This document shows positions 8,499-15,897 of a stretch of DNA of 24,000 nucleotides, one piece after another (position 1 is the stretch's first letter; every line of letters starts with the position of its first letter). The notes below the pieces were generated by a model. That model ran no database searches. It worked only from the letters and a program-made list of their open reading frames with translations, and was not told where the DNA came from. The stretch covers positions 156,202 through 180,201 of the forward strand of contig JAEWWT010000027.1 of assembly GCA_023396225.1 (NCBI GenBank). The letters run 5' to 3'. A program made the position numbers and the translations under genes. Origin of the DNA: Bacillota bacterium. GTDB taxonomy: Bacteria > Bacillota > Clostridia > Oscillospirales > Ruminococcaceae.

Positions 8499-8759
8499 CA
8501 TAATTAGCTTTGTTTAAAATATGATAAACGGTTCCATGCATATATTATATTGTATCATTTAATTACTTATCTGAAGCAATGCGGTTATAGTTAATTTTTT
8601 ACATTTTAATTATATATACAACATATTAAGTATAACTAAATTAGTTTGTTAGTTATAATTTTTACAATAAAACCACAAGATGGTATGACTTTGGATGATA
8701 ATTATATATTATGCTAAAAAAGTTATAAATTACATGATAATAATTATTGAAATTTAAGA

Positions 8760-8788
8760 TTGTATTAGTTGAAATTGAGTGATATAAT
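8760..8788 (+). promoter_or_regulatory. Putative promoter TTGTAT-N17-TATAAT
   Basis: TTGTAT 8760-8765, TATAAT 8783-8788; upstream of the second mini protein. Confidence 0.55.
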
Positions 8789-8925
8789 GATTGAAGATTG
8801 GTGAGAGGTAGATAAAATCAATGCGCCTTCTTATCAACTTAAAATAAGATGATAATGGTTTGCGAATAGCTGACTATTACATAAATAGAGATATTAATTT
8901 TAAATTAAAACGGAGGACAATTACT

Positions 8926-9216
8926 ATGAAACTCAAGAAGATTATCGCAGCAGTTGCTGCACTCACTATGGCTGTATCAATGATGGCTGTATCTGCATCT
9001 GCAGATGACACAACAACAGCTGCTGCTGAAGAAACAACAGTTGCTGAAGAAGCTGCTGAAGAAGAAGTTGCTGCTGATGAAGAAGCTGCTCCTGCTGAAG
9101 AAGCTACAGATGCTGCTACAACAGAAGCTCCTGCTACAGGCAACACAGTTGCAGTAGTAGTTGCTGCTATGGCTGTTGCTGGTGCTGCAGTTGTTGCAAC
9201 AAGAAAGAGAAAGTAA
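8926..9216 (+). CDS. Miniature secreted protein with acidic Ala/Glu/Thr stalk and APATGN + TM + RKRK tail
   Basis: 96 aa from ATG 8926 with SD CGGAGGA; signal peptide MKLKKIIAAVAALTMAVSMMAVSASA; sortase-like C-terminus. Confidence 0.8.
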   Translation: MKLKKIIAAVAALTMAVSMMAVSASADDTTTAAAEETTVAEEAAEEEVAADEEAAPAEEATDAATTEAPATGNTVAVVVAAMAVAGAAVVATRKRK

Positions 9217-9239
9217 TTATTACTTTTAAAAGCTGAAGG

Positions 9240-9268
9240 AAGTCCGTCATTTATGGCGGACTTTTTTT
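9240..9268 (+). terminator. Rho-independent terminator
   Basis: AAGTCCG-tcatttatgg-CGGACTTTTTTT. Confidence 0.85.
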
Positions 9269-9425
9269 GTGCATTTTGAAATAATGATTGACAGTTTATA
9301 AAGTATCTATTTCTTGTATTAAATATGTTAAATCAAATTTTAATAATTTCTCAAAAAATCTATTATTTATGTATACATGTATGTTGTAAAATATAATAAA
9401 GAAAACTATGGAAAGAGGGCTGCGT

Positions 9426-11036
9426 ATGAAGCAAAGAATACATATTAATCAAGTAGGATATATTTGCTACAAGCGAAAAACAGCAGCTTATGTCGGAAAT
9501 CTGAATTCTTTTGCAGTAATTAATGCAAAAACGCAGAGGGTGCTGTGTTCTGGAACTCTTTCCAAGCCTGTTCTTGATAAAGCTTCCGGAGATATGGTCA
9601 GAATAGCTGATTTCTCTTCATTCAATATGTCCGGAAAGTATTATATAAAAATTGGCATTAAGAAATCATTTGTTTTTGAAATTTCTGAAAAGCCATATGT
9701 TAATGTGAAAAATTTACTTATCAAAGGTTTGTATTATAATCGCTGCGGATGTGCATTAAACAACAAAAATGAAGAATATCCTGCAAATATGTGCCACTGT
9801 GATGTTATACCGTTGCTTAATTCAACTTTACATAAAATTGATGTTTCAGGTGGTTGGCATGATTCAGGAAACTATGGCAGATATGTTCCGCCTGCTTGCC
9901 TTGCACTTGGATATCTCTTAAATGCTTTTAGACTTTTTCCTGAAAGTTTTGGGGATTCGGCAGGGATTGTTTCGGAAACTACTGACTTGCCTGATGTTCT
10001 TGCAGAGGCAAAGGTTGAACTTGACTGGCTTTTGAAAATGCAGGCTAAGGACGGTGGAGTTTATCACAAGGTTGCGCCGCTCAATGCATTTGAATTTACT
10101 TCTCCTAATGAAGATAAAAGTCAGCATTATGTATTCCCTAAGTCACATCATGCAACGGCAGACTTCACGGCATGTACTGCTCTTGCGGCATCTGTTTTCA
10201 AGAATTATGATAATGGATATGCTGAAAAGCTGAAAAGCGCTGCTGTGAACTCGTGGATATGGCTGATGAACAATCCGACATTTGTGAAGTTTGAAAATCC
10301 TCCGTCAACTCATGTAAATACTGCTGGCGACTTTGTTGATGATGATATTAGGGACGACATGCTTTGGGCAAGTTGTGAGCTTTATGGTATGACTGGTGAT
10401 GATTTCTTTGTTGAAAAAATACTGGAGCTTTACAAGCAGGTTAATCTTACAGGCTTTTCAAACTGTCATATTGGTGGGTTCGCATCACTTGCATATTTGC
10501 ATTGTAACCGTGAAAGAAATGCAAAGGTTATGTCTGCAATAAATACAAGCTTCCGTGTTGCCGCAGATAATATAGACTCGCTTGCAAAATCAAATCCGTA
10601 CTTTATTTCAAAGGGATATACTGATTATGTTCTTGGCAGCAACCTTAAATCAATGAGGGACTGCATTGTTCTTATCATTGCAAACCGACTTCTCGGAAAC
10701 GATGACTATATTGATACAGTTGTTGAACAGTTTAATTACATATTGGGAAAGAATTGTATGGGTATGTGCTTTATTACAGGCATTGGCGCTAATTCAGTCG
10801 TGCATCCTCATCACAGACCGTCAATGACATCATATCAGCATAAACCTGTTCCGGGACTGCTTGTTGGTGGACCTAATTCTGAAAGAAAAGACGAGTATGC
10901 AAAATGGAGCATTCCGCAGGATACTCCTCCTGCAAGATGTTATGAAGACTGTGATATGAGTTTTTCAACGAATGAGCCGGCTATATATAACAACGGTGCG
11001 GCTATATTTGTAGAAGCTTTTTTGGAAACATTGTAA
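9426..11036 (+). CDS. Glycoside hydrolase family 9 protein with N-terminal CelD-type Ig-like domain, no signal peptide, variant DAGD motif
   Basis: IHINQVGY, GGWHDSGNYGRYV, NSVVHPHHRPS, STNEPAIYNNGAAIF; SD GAAAGAGGG precedes ATG 9426. Confidence 0.85.
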   Translation: MKQRIHINQVGYICYKRKTAAYVGNLNSFAVINAKTQRVLCSGTLSKPVLDKASGDMVRIADFSSFNMSGKYYIKIGIKKSFVFEISEKPYVNVKNLLIKGLYYNRCGCALNNKNEEYPANMCHCDVIPLLNSTLHKIDVSGGWHDSGNYGRYVPPACLALGYLLNAFRLFPESFGDSAGIVSETTDLPDVLAEAKVELDWLLKMQAKDGGVYHKVAPLNAFEFTSPNEDKSQHYVFPKSHHATADFTACTALAASVFKNYDNGYAEKLKSAAVNSWIWLMNNPTFVKFENPPSTHVNTAGDFVDDDIRDDMLWASCELYGMTGDDFFVEKILELYKQVNLTGFSNCHIGGFASLAYLHCNRERNAKVMSAINTSFRVAADNIDSLAKSNPYFISKGYTDYVLGSNLKSMRDCIVLIIANRLLGNDDYIDTVVEQFNYILGKNCMGMCFITGIGANSVVHPHHRPSMTSYQHKPVPGLLVGGPNSERKDEYAKWSIPQDTPPARCYEDCDMSFSTNEPAIYNNGAAIFVEAFLETL

Positions 11037-11056
11037 AATTAATAATTCAGCATTTT

Positions 11057-11088
11057 GCGTCGGTAATGTAATAAAACATTACCGACGC
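11057..11088 (+). terminator. Strong hairpin after the GH9 gene, probable terminator
   Basis: GCGTCGGTAATGT-aataaa-ACATTACCGACGC, 13-bp perfect stem, weak T tract. Confidence 0.6.
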
Positions 11089-11115
11089 TTTACGGTATAT
11101 TTTCATACATTTTGG

Positions 11116-11144
11116 TTGACAATAAAAATAATGTGTATTATAAT
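11116..11144 (+). promoter_or_regulatory. Consensus promoter TTGACA-N17-TATAAT for the MNT-like/HEPN pair
   Basis: Exact consensus hexamers with 17-nt spacer; implies the TTG start at 11112 is not used. Confidence 0.75.
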
Positions 11145-11213
11145 ATAAAAAAACAAATGTGTTTTAATGCGTCGGAAAGGGGACATGCTTCTAAAAGAGG
11201 CATAAATACTGCT

Positions 11214-11525
11214 ATGGAAAATAATCCTATAATCAGACAAATGGCAGATGATATTATTAAAATCTGCTCACCGTTTCAAATTTTTCTTGTTTCTAGCAAA
11301 ACAGATAAAAAGGGTGAACTTACATCTTTCAAGCTGTGTATTATCGTTGCAGACAGTTATACACCTTCTGTTCTTGAAACGGACATTCTTGTAAATACTG
11401 ATTGTCCTGTTCCTTGTGATATTCTGGTATACAATGTCACTGAATGGAATGATATTGTTCAGGATGACTGCTCCTTTGCATATAAGGTAGATAATGCGGG
11501 GGTACTTATTTATGAGCAGAGCTAA
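11214..11525 (+). CDS. Nucleotidyltransferase (MNT)-like protein, apparently lacking catalytic residues
   Basis: Layout ADDIIKICSPFQIFLVSS...LTSFKLCIIVAD...PVPCDILVYNVTEWNDI...VDNAGVLIYEQ matches the MNT fold pattern but lacks GS and DxD; the track ORF begins at 11112. Confidence 0.45.
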   Translation: MENNPIIRQMADDIIKICSPFQIFLVSSKTDKKGELTSFKLCIIVADSYTPSVLETDILVNTDCPVPCDILVYNVTEWNDIVQDDCSFAYKVDNAGVLIYEQS

Positions 11526-11949
11526 TCATAACACCGACAGTAAAAGATATTATGACTGGATATTCCATGCGTATCAAGACAGGCTTGCTGCGCAGGTACT
11601 TATGGACGATGAAAGGTTGTACAGCGTTGCAGCTTTCCATTGTCAGCAATGCATAGAAAAAGGTCTGAAGGGCTTTCTGCTGTTTAAGAACAGGAAGCAA
11701 TTCGACGGACATAACCTTACATGGCTTTGCAAACAGGCATCGCTTATGGATCAGAGCTTTACAAAGTGGATTACCAAGAGTGCACTTCTCAACAGGTACT
11801 ACATTGAAACAAGATACCCTGCTGACATCCCGATGGATATTGACAAGGAAACCATTGATGATGTTATGGAAGCCACTACAGAAATGCTTGACTTTATCTG
11901 TGAGCTTATAAAGTTTGATATTAATAGTTATCATAAGAAAAAGAGATAA
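11512..11949 (+). CDS. HEPN domain protein
   Basis: YSVAAFHCQQCIEKGLKGFLLF...DGHNLTWL...LNRYYIETRYP typical of HEPN (PF05168-type); overlaps the upstream ORF by 14 nt; GGGGG SD at 11498-11502. Confidence 0.75.
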   Translation: MSRANHNTDSKRYYDWIFHAYQDRLAAQVLMDDERLYSVAAFHCQQCIEKGLKGFLLFKNRKQFDGHNLTWLCKQASLMDQSFTKWITKSALLNRYYIETRYPADIPMDIDKETIDDVMEATTEMLDFICELIKFDINSYHKKKR

Positions 11950-11969
11950 TATTATTATGTAAAGACAAA

Positions 11970-11996
11970 AGGCACTTGCATTATGCTTGTGCCTTC
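11970..11996. terminator. Hairpin between convergent genes
   Basis: AAGGCAC ... GTGCCTT. Confidence 0.5.
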
Positions 11997-12007
11997 TTAA
12001 TTTATAT

Positions 12008-12421
12008 TTAAGCATGTACTGTTCTGGGTCTGAACAATTTGCCGAGAAATCTGCATAGAAACACAGCTGGTATTGTAATGAAGTACCATGCCATAGAAAA
12101 CATAAGACATACCTGCCCAAATAGATTCATATATAAGTCTGAATAGTCCCATACGTTCCAGCCAAGCCATAGGTTTACTATACAGCCTGTGACAAATTCA
12201 AGAGCTGTTATTGTAAATGCACCGAAAAGGCACTTGCGGAAAATAGATGTGTCCGGATGGGTTGTGAAATGTCTGTACATTATTAAGAGGCACAAACCGC
12301 CGAGTATTGCCATTGACCAGTGGGTATATCCTCTGTAAATTATCTCTATAATAGAATAGAGAAATGCTCCAATTAAAAAAACTAAAGAGTGTTCTTTGAA
12401 CTTTATCATATTTATGATCAT
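12008..12421 (-). CDS. Membrane protein, putative ABC-transporter type IV/CmpB-like
   Basis: YSIIEIIYRGYTHWSMAILGG signature and multiple TM segments. Confidence 0.6.
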   Translation of the reverse strand: MIINMIKFKEHSLVFLIGAFLYSIIEIIYRGYTHWSMAILGGLCLLIMYRHFTTHPDTSIFRKCLFGAFTITALEFVTGCIVNLWLGWNVWDYSDLYMNLFGQVCLMFSMAWYFITIPAVFLCRFLGKLFRPRTVHA

Positions 12422-12442
12422 GCTTCCATAGGAAGCATGCCT

Positions 12443-12526
12443 CCTCTTTTTGATGTTTTGTGTTTTTCAAACTGACGTTTGAAAAACACAAAACTCGTAG
12501 TTTGAAAGATTTATCTTTCAAACTTT
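12443..12526 (-). repeat. Interspersed palindromic element, copy 2 (reverse orientation)
   Basis: Minus strand reads AAGTTTGAAAGATAAATCTTTCAAACTACGAGTTTTGTGTTTTTCAAACGTCAGTTTGAAAAACACAAAACATCAAAAAGAGG. Confidence 0.85.
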
Positions 12527-12658
12527 TTTCCCGTTAAAATTGTAAGTTTTTAATATTATTTGAGAGGGTATATGTGATATACTTATGTATTTAATGACAT
12601 AAGTTCAAATATTATCTATTACAGGAATGATATGCTATAAAAATATATTTTTAGCTCT

Positions 12659-12686
12659 TGACAAGGTAACGCAAATGATGTATAAT
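12659..12686 (+). promoter_or_regulatory. Promoter TTGACA-N16-TATAAT of ylxM-ffh
   Basis: TTGACA 12659-12664, TATAAT 12681-12686. Confidence 0.65.
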
Positions 12687-12730
12687 ATGTAAAGTATTTT
12701 TGCTTTACATATTATTTTGGAGGTGTCAGT

Positions 12731-13105
12731 GTGGATATTGAAAAGGATCTGCAGATCTCTGTGCTTCTTGATTTTTATTCTGAAATGCTGACAGACAAGC
12801 AGAAGGATGTTATTGACTTGTATTACAATGAGGACTTGTCACTTTCCGAGATTGCAGAGCATGAAAATATTACAAGGCAAGGCGTCCGTGACAGTATAAA
12901 GCGTGGGGAACAAACCTTGTTTGATATGGAGAATAAACTCCATATTGCTGAAAAAGCAAAGAAATTCTACAAGATTATTGAAGAAGTCGGGGAGTTTGCT
13001 GCCGGTATCAAGGAGGAAGGTTCGCTGTACGGAAATCCAAAGGGAATCGTAAAGCGTGCCGAGTATCTTATGAAACTTGCAGAGGAAAACAAGGATCTTT
13101 TTTGA
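12731..13105 (+). CDS. ylxM: YlxM-family putative DNA-binding protein
   Basis: LLDFYSEMLTDKQKDVIDLYYNEDLSLSEIAEHENITRQGVRDSIKRGE; directly upstream of ffh. Confidence 0.9.
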   Translation: MDIEKDLQISVLLDFYSEMLTDKQKDVIDLYYNEDLSLSEIAEHENITRQGVRDSIKRGEQTLFDMENKLHIAEKAKKFYKIIEEVGEFAAGIKEEGSLYGNPKGIVKRAEYLMKLAEENKDLF

Positions 13106-13134
13106 TAATGTGACGATATTAATTCATAAAAAGG

Positions 13135-14517
13135 GTGGTTGCTGTGGCTTTTGAAGGATTATCCGAAAAACTGAATGCTGTGTTCAAGCGCCTCAAAGGC
13201 AGAGGTAAACTCAGCGAAGCCGATGTAAAAGAGGCAATGAGGGAAGTAAGGCTTGCCCTTCTTGAAGCTGACGTAAACTATAAGGTTGCAAAGCAGTTTG
13301 TTGCAAGTGTTTCTGAAAGAGCTGTTGGTGAAGAGGTGCTTTCAAGCCTGACACCCGGACAGCAGGTTATCAAGATTGTTAACGAGGGGCTTGTTTCGCT
13401 CATGGGCGGACACAACTCCAAAATAAATATACCTAACAAGCCGCCATGTATTATCATGATGTGCGGACTTCAGGGATCTGGTAAGACTACCCATGCCGCA
13501 AAGCTTGCAAAGTTCTTTAAGGATCAGGGAAAAAGGCCATTGCTTGTTGCCTGTGACGTTTATCGTCCTGCTGCTATCAATCAGCTTCAGGTCGTAGCGG
13601 AAAAGGCAGGAGTAAAAGTATTTGAAATGGGACAGATTAATCCTGTTACCATTGCAAAGGAAGCTGTTAGGCATGCCAAGGATTACGGAAATGATATTGT
13701 AATCCTCGATACAGCTGGTCGTCTTCATATTGATGAAGACCTCATGAATGAGCTGAAAATGATTAAGGCTGAAACTCAGCCACATGAAATTATGCTTGTT
13801 GTCGATGCTATGACAGGTCAGGACTCCGTTAATGTTGCTCAGGCGTTTGATGACGCTCTCGGCATTGACAGTGTTCTTATGTCAAAGCTTGATTCAGATA
13901 CAAGAGGCGGTGCGGCTTTGTCCGTACTTTCCGTTACAGGTAAACCTATCAAGTTCGTCGGAATGGGTGAAAAGCTTGATGATTTTGAGCAGTTCCATCC
14001 TGAAAGAATGGCTTCAAGAATTCTAGGAATGGGTGATGTTCTTACTCTTATTGAGAAGGCACAGACAACTTTTGATGAGGATAACTCAAAGAAACTTGCA
14101 GAAAAACTCAAGGGTAACTCCTTTGACCTTGACGATTTGCTTGCCCAGATGAAGCAGATTCAGAAAATGGGTCCGCTAAAGCAGATTATGGGTATGCTCC
14201 CTGGCGTTGGCGATAAAATAAAAGATGTTGATGTTGACGATAATCAGCTCAAGAGGATTGAAGCGATAATTACTTCTATGACACCGTCAGAAAGAGCGAA
14301 GCCTTCAATTGTAAATCCGCAGAGAAAACGCCGTATTGCCGCAGGAAGCGGAAATACCGTTGCAGATGTAAACAGACTGCTCAAGCAGTTTGAAGAAATG
14401 CAGAAATTAATGAAGCAGTTTGGTGTTATGGGTAAAAACAGCAAGGGTAAGAAAAACAAGCTCAGACTTCCTCCTGGAATGATGGGCGGTGGCGGATTTC
14501 CTGGAATGCCTATGTAA
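13135..14517 (+). CDS. ffh: Signal recognition particle protein Ffh
   Basis: GLQGSGKTTHAAKLA, DVYRPAAINQL, DTAGRLHID, TKLDSDTRGG-like SKLDSDTRGGAAL, methionine-rich C-terminus; the start could also be GTG 13144. Confidence 0.97.
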   Translation: MVAVAFEGLSEKLNAVFKRLKGRGKLSEADVKEAMREVRLALLEADVNYKVAKQFVASVSERAVGEEVLSSLTPGQQVIKIVNEGLVSLMGGHNSKINIPNKPPCIIMMCGLQGSGKTTHAAKLAKFFKDQGKRPLLVACDVYRPAAINQLQVVAEKAGVKVFEMGQINPVTIAKEAVRHAKDYGNDIVILDTAGRLHIDEDLMNELKMIKAETQPHEIMLVVDAMTGQDSVNVAQAFDDALGIDSVLMSKLDSDTRGGAALSVLSVTGKPIKFVGMGEKLDDFEQFHPERMASRILGMGDVLTLIEKAQTTFDEDNSKKLAEKLKGNSFDLDDLLAQMKQIQKMGPLKQIMGMLPGVGDKIKDVDVDDNQLKRIEAIITSMTPSERAKPSIVNPQRKRRIAAGSGNTVADVNRLLKQFEEMQKLMKQFGVMGKNSKGKKNKLRLPPGMMGGGGFPGMPM

Positions 14518-14556
14518 TCAGGCAGAGTGGAAGTAATTTAATAGAAAAGGTGACAA

Positions 14557-14769
14557 ATGGATCTTTCTCATAATAACACTATTTTATGGTCTGTAGTTTT
14601 TATTTTGGTAGGTGTTTTGCACTTGTCATCAACATTGCTACAGGTGATAAAAGGCGAAAGACATAAGAAGACTCGTTCATACCTTTATGATATAATAGTC
14701 AGTTTGATACTGATACTGTGTGGGATTCTGGCTTTAATGGGAATAGGAAGTTTTGTTCCTGCTGATTAA
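14557..14769 (+). CDS. Small two-TM membrane protein
   Basis: 70 aa, two hydrophobic segments, upstream GAAAAGG SD. Confidence 0.5.
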   Translation: MDLSHNNTILWSVVFILVGVLHLSSTLLQVIKGERHKKTRSYLYDIIVSLILILCGILALMGIGSFVPAD

Positions 14770-14808
14770 TTATAATAGAGGAGGTACACTTCTTAACGAA
14801 GTAACATC

Positions 14809-15030
14809 ATGGAAACACGTAGCTTAATTTTAATTATACTTTCTATTTTAGCAGGAGCATTTTCGCTGTTGGGTGCAATATTTGATTGGGACTTTTTCTT
14901 TAATAGCTATAAAGCAAGAAGAATGGTGAATTTAATTGGAAGAACCGCTGCAAGAATTTTTTATGCAATTGTCGGTATATTTCTAATTGGTCTTGGCATT
15001 TGTGTTGCTTTGAGTATAATACAATATTAG
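14809..15030 (+). CDS. Small membrane protein resembling immunity 17 (Imm17) family
   Basis: ILAGAFSLLGAIFDWDFFFNSYKARRMVNLIGRTAARIFYAIVGIFLIGLGI. Confidence 0.6.
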   Translation: METRSLILIILSILAGAFSLLGAIFDWDFFFNSYKARRMVNLIGRTAARIFYAIVGIFLIGLGICVALSIIQY

Positions 15031-15118
15031 CAGTTAGCGTTAGCGTCAATATTTAACGCTTGTTAAGAATTAACGCTTAACGTTAATATATAAAGTAATT
15101 ATTCGGAGGTGAATATAC

Positions 15119-15361
15119 ATGGCAGTTAAAATCAGACTCAGAAGAATGGGTGCAAAGAAGGCTCCTTTCTATCGTATAGTTGTTGCTGATTCAAGATATC
15201 CTAGAAACGGCAGATTTATCGAAGAAATCGGCTACTATGATTCCACAAAGGAACCATCAGTTGTAAGCATCGATGCTGAAAAGGCTAAGAAGTGGATGGC
15301 TAACGGCGCTCAGCCAACAGACACAGTTAAGAGACTTTTTGACAAGAATGGCGTTAAGTAA
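15119..15361 (+). CDS. rpsP: 30S ribosomal protein S16 (bS16)
   Basis: [41 protein letters not shown]. Confidence 0.97.
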   Translation: MAVKIRLRRMGAKKAPFYRIVVADSRYPRNGRFIEEIGYYDSTKEPSVVSIDAEKAKKWMANGAQPTDTVKRLFDKNGVK

Positions 15362-15418
15362 TTTTTTAACCCCTTCATCTTATGAGGACACCTTTTATAG
15401 GTGTCCGTATCAGGTGAA

Positions 15419-15480
15419 AAGTTTGAAAGATAAATCTTTCAAACTCTGAGTTTTGTGCTTTTCAAATTTACACAAAACAT
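15419..15480 (+). repeat. Interspersed palindromic element, copy 3 (truncated)
   Basis: GTTTGAAAGATAAATCTTTCAAAC (15421-15444) + TCTGAGTTTTGTGCTTTTCAAATTTACACAAAACATC. Confidence 0.8.
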
Positions 15481-15605
15481 CGTTTCCGCAAAAGTATGGT
15501 CATAAATATGAAATTAAGTAAATAAACAACAAAGCAAAGCTACTTGATCCGTTTCCAGATAAGGCTTTGCTATTTTCATAATAACGGAATGGAGTTGTGA
15601 GATAA

Positions 15606-15839
15606 ATGGAAGATCTTTTAAAGACTATCGTATCCGGTCTTGTAGAGGATAAGGATGCTATTTCTGTTGATATCAGCGAACCTGACGCAGAGGGCGTAAT
15701 TGTTTATCATCTTCATGTTGCACAGGATGATATGGGACGTGTAATCGGCAAGCAGGGAAGGATTGCTAAGGCAATCAGAACTGTTATGCGTGCAGGAGCA
15801 GGTAGAGTAAACCAGAAAATAATGGTTGAAATAGACTAA
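15606..15839 (+). CDS. khpA: KH-domain RNA-binding protein (KhpA/YlqC-like)
   Basis: DDMGRVIGKQGRIAKAIRTVMRAGA; position between rpsP and rimM. Confidence 0.9.
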   Translation: MEDLLKTIVSGLVEDKDAISVDISEPDAEGVIVYHLHVAQDDMGRVIGKQGRIAKAIRTVMRAGAGRVNQKIMVEID

Positions 15840-15846
15840 ATAATTT

Positions 15847-15868
15847 AAAACCCGCTTTTGCGGGTTTT
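15847..15868 (+). terminator. Hairpin terminator after khpA
   Basis: AAAACCCGC-TTTT-GCGGGTTTT. Confidence 0.75.
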
Positions 15869-15897
15869 GTGGTTTATTGACGGGAGGGTATGACGGA

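Noticed and set aside
11506-12120. 204-aa minus-strand ORF overlapping the HEPN gene
   Set aside because: The HEPN reading on the plus strand has clear motifs, overlap and SD; the minus frame is a shadow.
12421-12437. Small hairpin TGCTTCC-ATA-GGAAGCA upstream of the CmpB-like gene
   Set aside because: Short with a 3-nt loop; could affect the SD-to-start region, but I cannot support it beyond chance.
15386-15406. GGACACC-ttttata-GGTGTCC hairpin after rpsP
   Set aside because: Probably a simple processing or weak terminator hairpin; no following T tract, nothing distinctive.
5394-15480. CRISPR array interpretation of the palindromic repeat
   Set aside because: Copies are kilobases apart, in mixed orientation, with no regular spacers and no cas genes.
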